A stretch of DNA of 64,000 bases from NCBI GenBank assembly GCA_963783575.1, contig CAWAOD010000005.1, positions 576,001 to 640,000 on the forward strand. Reading direction: 5' to 3'. The notes below the pieces were generated by a model. It ran no database searches, had not been told where the DNA came from, and saw only the letters and a program-made list of their open reading frames with translations. The position numbers and the translations under genes are program-made. Positions within the stretch are counted from its first letter, which is position 1; each line of letters begins with the position of its first letter. The DNA is from an uncultured Spirochaetota bacterium. GTDB taxonomy: Bacteria > Spirochaetota > Brevinematia > Brevinematales > JAOACQ01. This document shows positions 62,331 through 64,000 of the stretch, piece by piece.

Positions 62331-64000
62331 ATGAAACGCGCTGGAGGTTTTACTATAGGCCTTGCTATCTGCGGCCTTGCAGAAGGTTATCAACGTATTT
62401 TTATTCCGGTTATTCAAAAAATGGCGAAAGAAGAAAATTTTCGTCTGGTTATTTATTCCGGGGGGCCTCCCGGTTTTATGGCTGAGAAAATGCCCCATAC
62501 GGCATCAGTTTTCCGGTATATCGATAGGGGACAGTTGGATGCTCTGATCATGGCATCAGGGAATATTAACATTTTTCTTCAGGATTCGGAATGGAAACAA
62601 TTTTACAGCAGGTATATGTCCATTCCAATGATCAGTATCGGTATTCAGATAGAAAATATTCCCAGCATCCTGATTGATAATAAAACCGGCATAAAAGAAG
62701 CGGTCCGGCATCTGGCGGAAGAACATGGCAGAAAAAGGATTGCGTTTATCAAAGGGCCGGATAATAATCCGGAAGCAATTGAGCGTTTAGATGGTTTTCT
62801 GGAAGAGATGGAATTTCTGAATATCCCGGTTAACCGTAACTGGATTATCAGAGGTGGATTTTGGGAAAAATTTGGGCATGATGCGGTTAATATAATCTGG
62901 GACAGGGATGGAAAGAAACCTGAAGCCCTTATTGCCTGCAACGATGATATGGCAATCGGAGCTTGTCTGGAACTGGAAAGGCGGGGAATATCAGTGCCGG
63001 ATGAAGTGGCTGTAATTGGGTTTGATGATGTTATTGAAGCCAGGAACCAGGCTATACCAATATCGACAATCCATTTTCCGATATTTGAACAAGCCGAGTT
63101 GGCAGGCCGGTTAGCCTTGGATCTTTTAAAGGGAAATAGGGTTCCTGCTTTAACAGTTCTTCCAGTCCGTTCTGTCCATCGTGATTCATGCGGTTGCGTC
63201 AGCCGGAATTCAATAAATAAAATCCTGGATTCAGTAAAAGGGAAACCTTTGATTCATCTCCAGTCTGAAATGGAAAACAGTTTTATCCGGAAAGAACAGA
63301 TCCGGAAATTTTTGGAAATAAACAAAGGTGGAACATCTTCTTCTAAAATGGATACTATAAACCGCTATCAAGGATTCTTTCAAGAACTGTTGAGTGAACC
63401 GGATAAATGTTTTGAAACAGTTTCTCTGTGGAAAGATTTCCTGTTTAAGGCAGAATACCTGTATAAGGGTATGGAGGATGATACCATTTCTTTTTCATTA
63501 ATGAAAAATGTTTTTTTGGAAACAGCATTTTCATCAACCAGCCATTATTGGTGTGAGGAACAGCACTATTCAATATTGCTGGGATATGAAATGTCGGCCC
63601 TGGATTCTGTTTTTGATTTTGAATCCGTATTTCAGATTCTGGAAAACGATCTGCCTTTGTTCCATGTGAAGGAATTGTTTTTATTCCTATTCCAGAAACC
63701 ATTAGTAAGAGACTTTCCGGATTACAGTTTAATTGAATCAGAAGAAATTGAGCTGGTTTTCAATTTTAAAGACGAAAAATCTCACGAAATCAAAAGCTCC
63801 AGCCGTATCTTTAATATTCCGGAGCATATCCTTCCGGAATCATTATTAAATAAAAGCGGTTCTTATGTTCTTCAGACCCTTCATTCCGGAAAAGACTTGT
63901 ATGGGTATATGATTATGAGTATGACAGCATCCAATGATAAATATTATAATTCTTTGGCAGGGAAGTTGAGCTCTGTTCTTAAAAGTATAGGGTTATACCG
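62331..64000 (+). CDS. LacI-type sugar-binding sensor protein without HTH (3' partial)
   Basis: Frame is open from ATG 62331 to the window end; IDNKTG, HGRKRIAFIKGP, ACNDDMAIG, VPDEVAVIGFDD, RDSCGC; absent from the ORF track because it has no stop in the window. Confidence 0.87.
   Translation, partial: MKRAGGFTIGLAICGLAEGYQRIFIPVIQKMAKEENFRLVIYSGGPPGFMAEKMPHTASVFRYIDRGQLDALIMASGNINIFLQDSEWKQFYSRYMSIPMISIGIQIENIPSILIDNKTGIKEAVRHLAEEHGRKRIAFIKGPDNNPEAIERLDGFLEEMEFLNIPVNRNWIIRGGFWEKFGHDAVNIIWDRDGKKPEALIACNDDMAIGACLELERRGISVPDEVAVIGFDDVIEARNQAIPISTIHFPIFEQAELAGRLALDLLKGNRVPALTVLPVRSVHRDSCGCVSRNSINKILDSVKGKPLIHLQSEMENSFIRKEQIRKFLEINKGGTSSSKMDTINRYQGFFQELLSEPDKCFETVSLWKDFLFKAEYLYKGMEDDTISFSLMKNVFLETAFSSTSHYWCEEQHYSILLGYEMSALDSVFDFESVFQILENDLPLFHVKELFLFLFQKPLVRDFPDYSLIESEEIELVFNFKDEKSHEIKSSSRIFNIPEHILPESLLNKSGSYVLQTLHSGKDLYGYMIMSMTASNDKYYNSLAGKLSSVLKSIGLY

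Overview
AT-rich bacterial chromosomal segment with no rRNA, tRNA or CRISPR array detected. Spirochaete-style lipoboxes, SH3/PilZ/STAS genes and [ST]N-rich exported proteins suggest a free-living spirochaete, possibly Brevinematales-like; this is an inference only. From left to right the window holds: an SsuA/TauA-type ABC importer, a polysaccharide deacetylase, an AraC-GyrI regulator with a membrane CN-hydrolase, a serine hydrolase with an ABC-2 exporter, an MBL-cNMP protein and gap. Next is a ynjBCD-like ABC system with a kinase and the TIGR04283/TIGR04282 'arsenosugar-associated' cluster, interrupted by an intact 1351-bp IS4-family element inserted into a perfect GC-rich hairpin. Then come three MotB/OmpA-like lipoproteins; PilZ, STAS, RsbW-like and CBS-PP2C genes, PIN-PhoH and a purple acid phosphatase; two GH12 lipoproteins; a GGDEF-EAL protein; a tocopherol cyclase-like gene with an SDR; a GntR(YtrA)-DUF1648 pair; several gene remnants; and a partial LacI-type sensor. 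The best candidate for an undescribed system is the five-gene operon at 41395-47934. It is an AmmeMemoRadiSam (Memo + AMMECR1 + radical SAM) system whose enzymes carry export or membrane-anchor signals, co-transcribed with a membrane polyferredoxin, a DsbD_2-like protein and a membrane-fused spermidine-synthase-like protein. Three single frameshifts in otherwise intact genes may be assembly errors.
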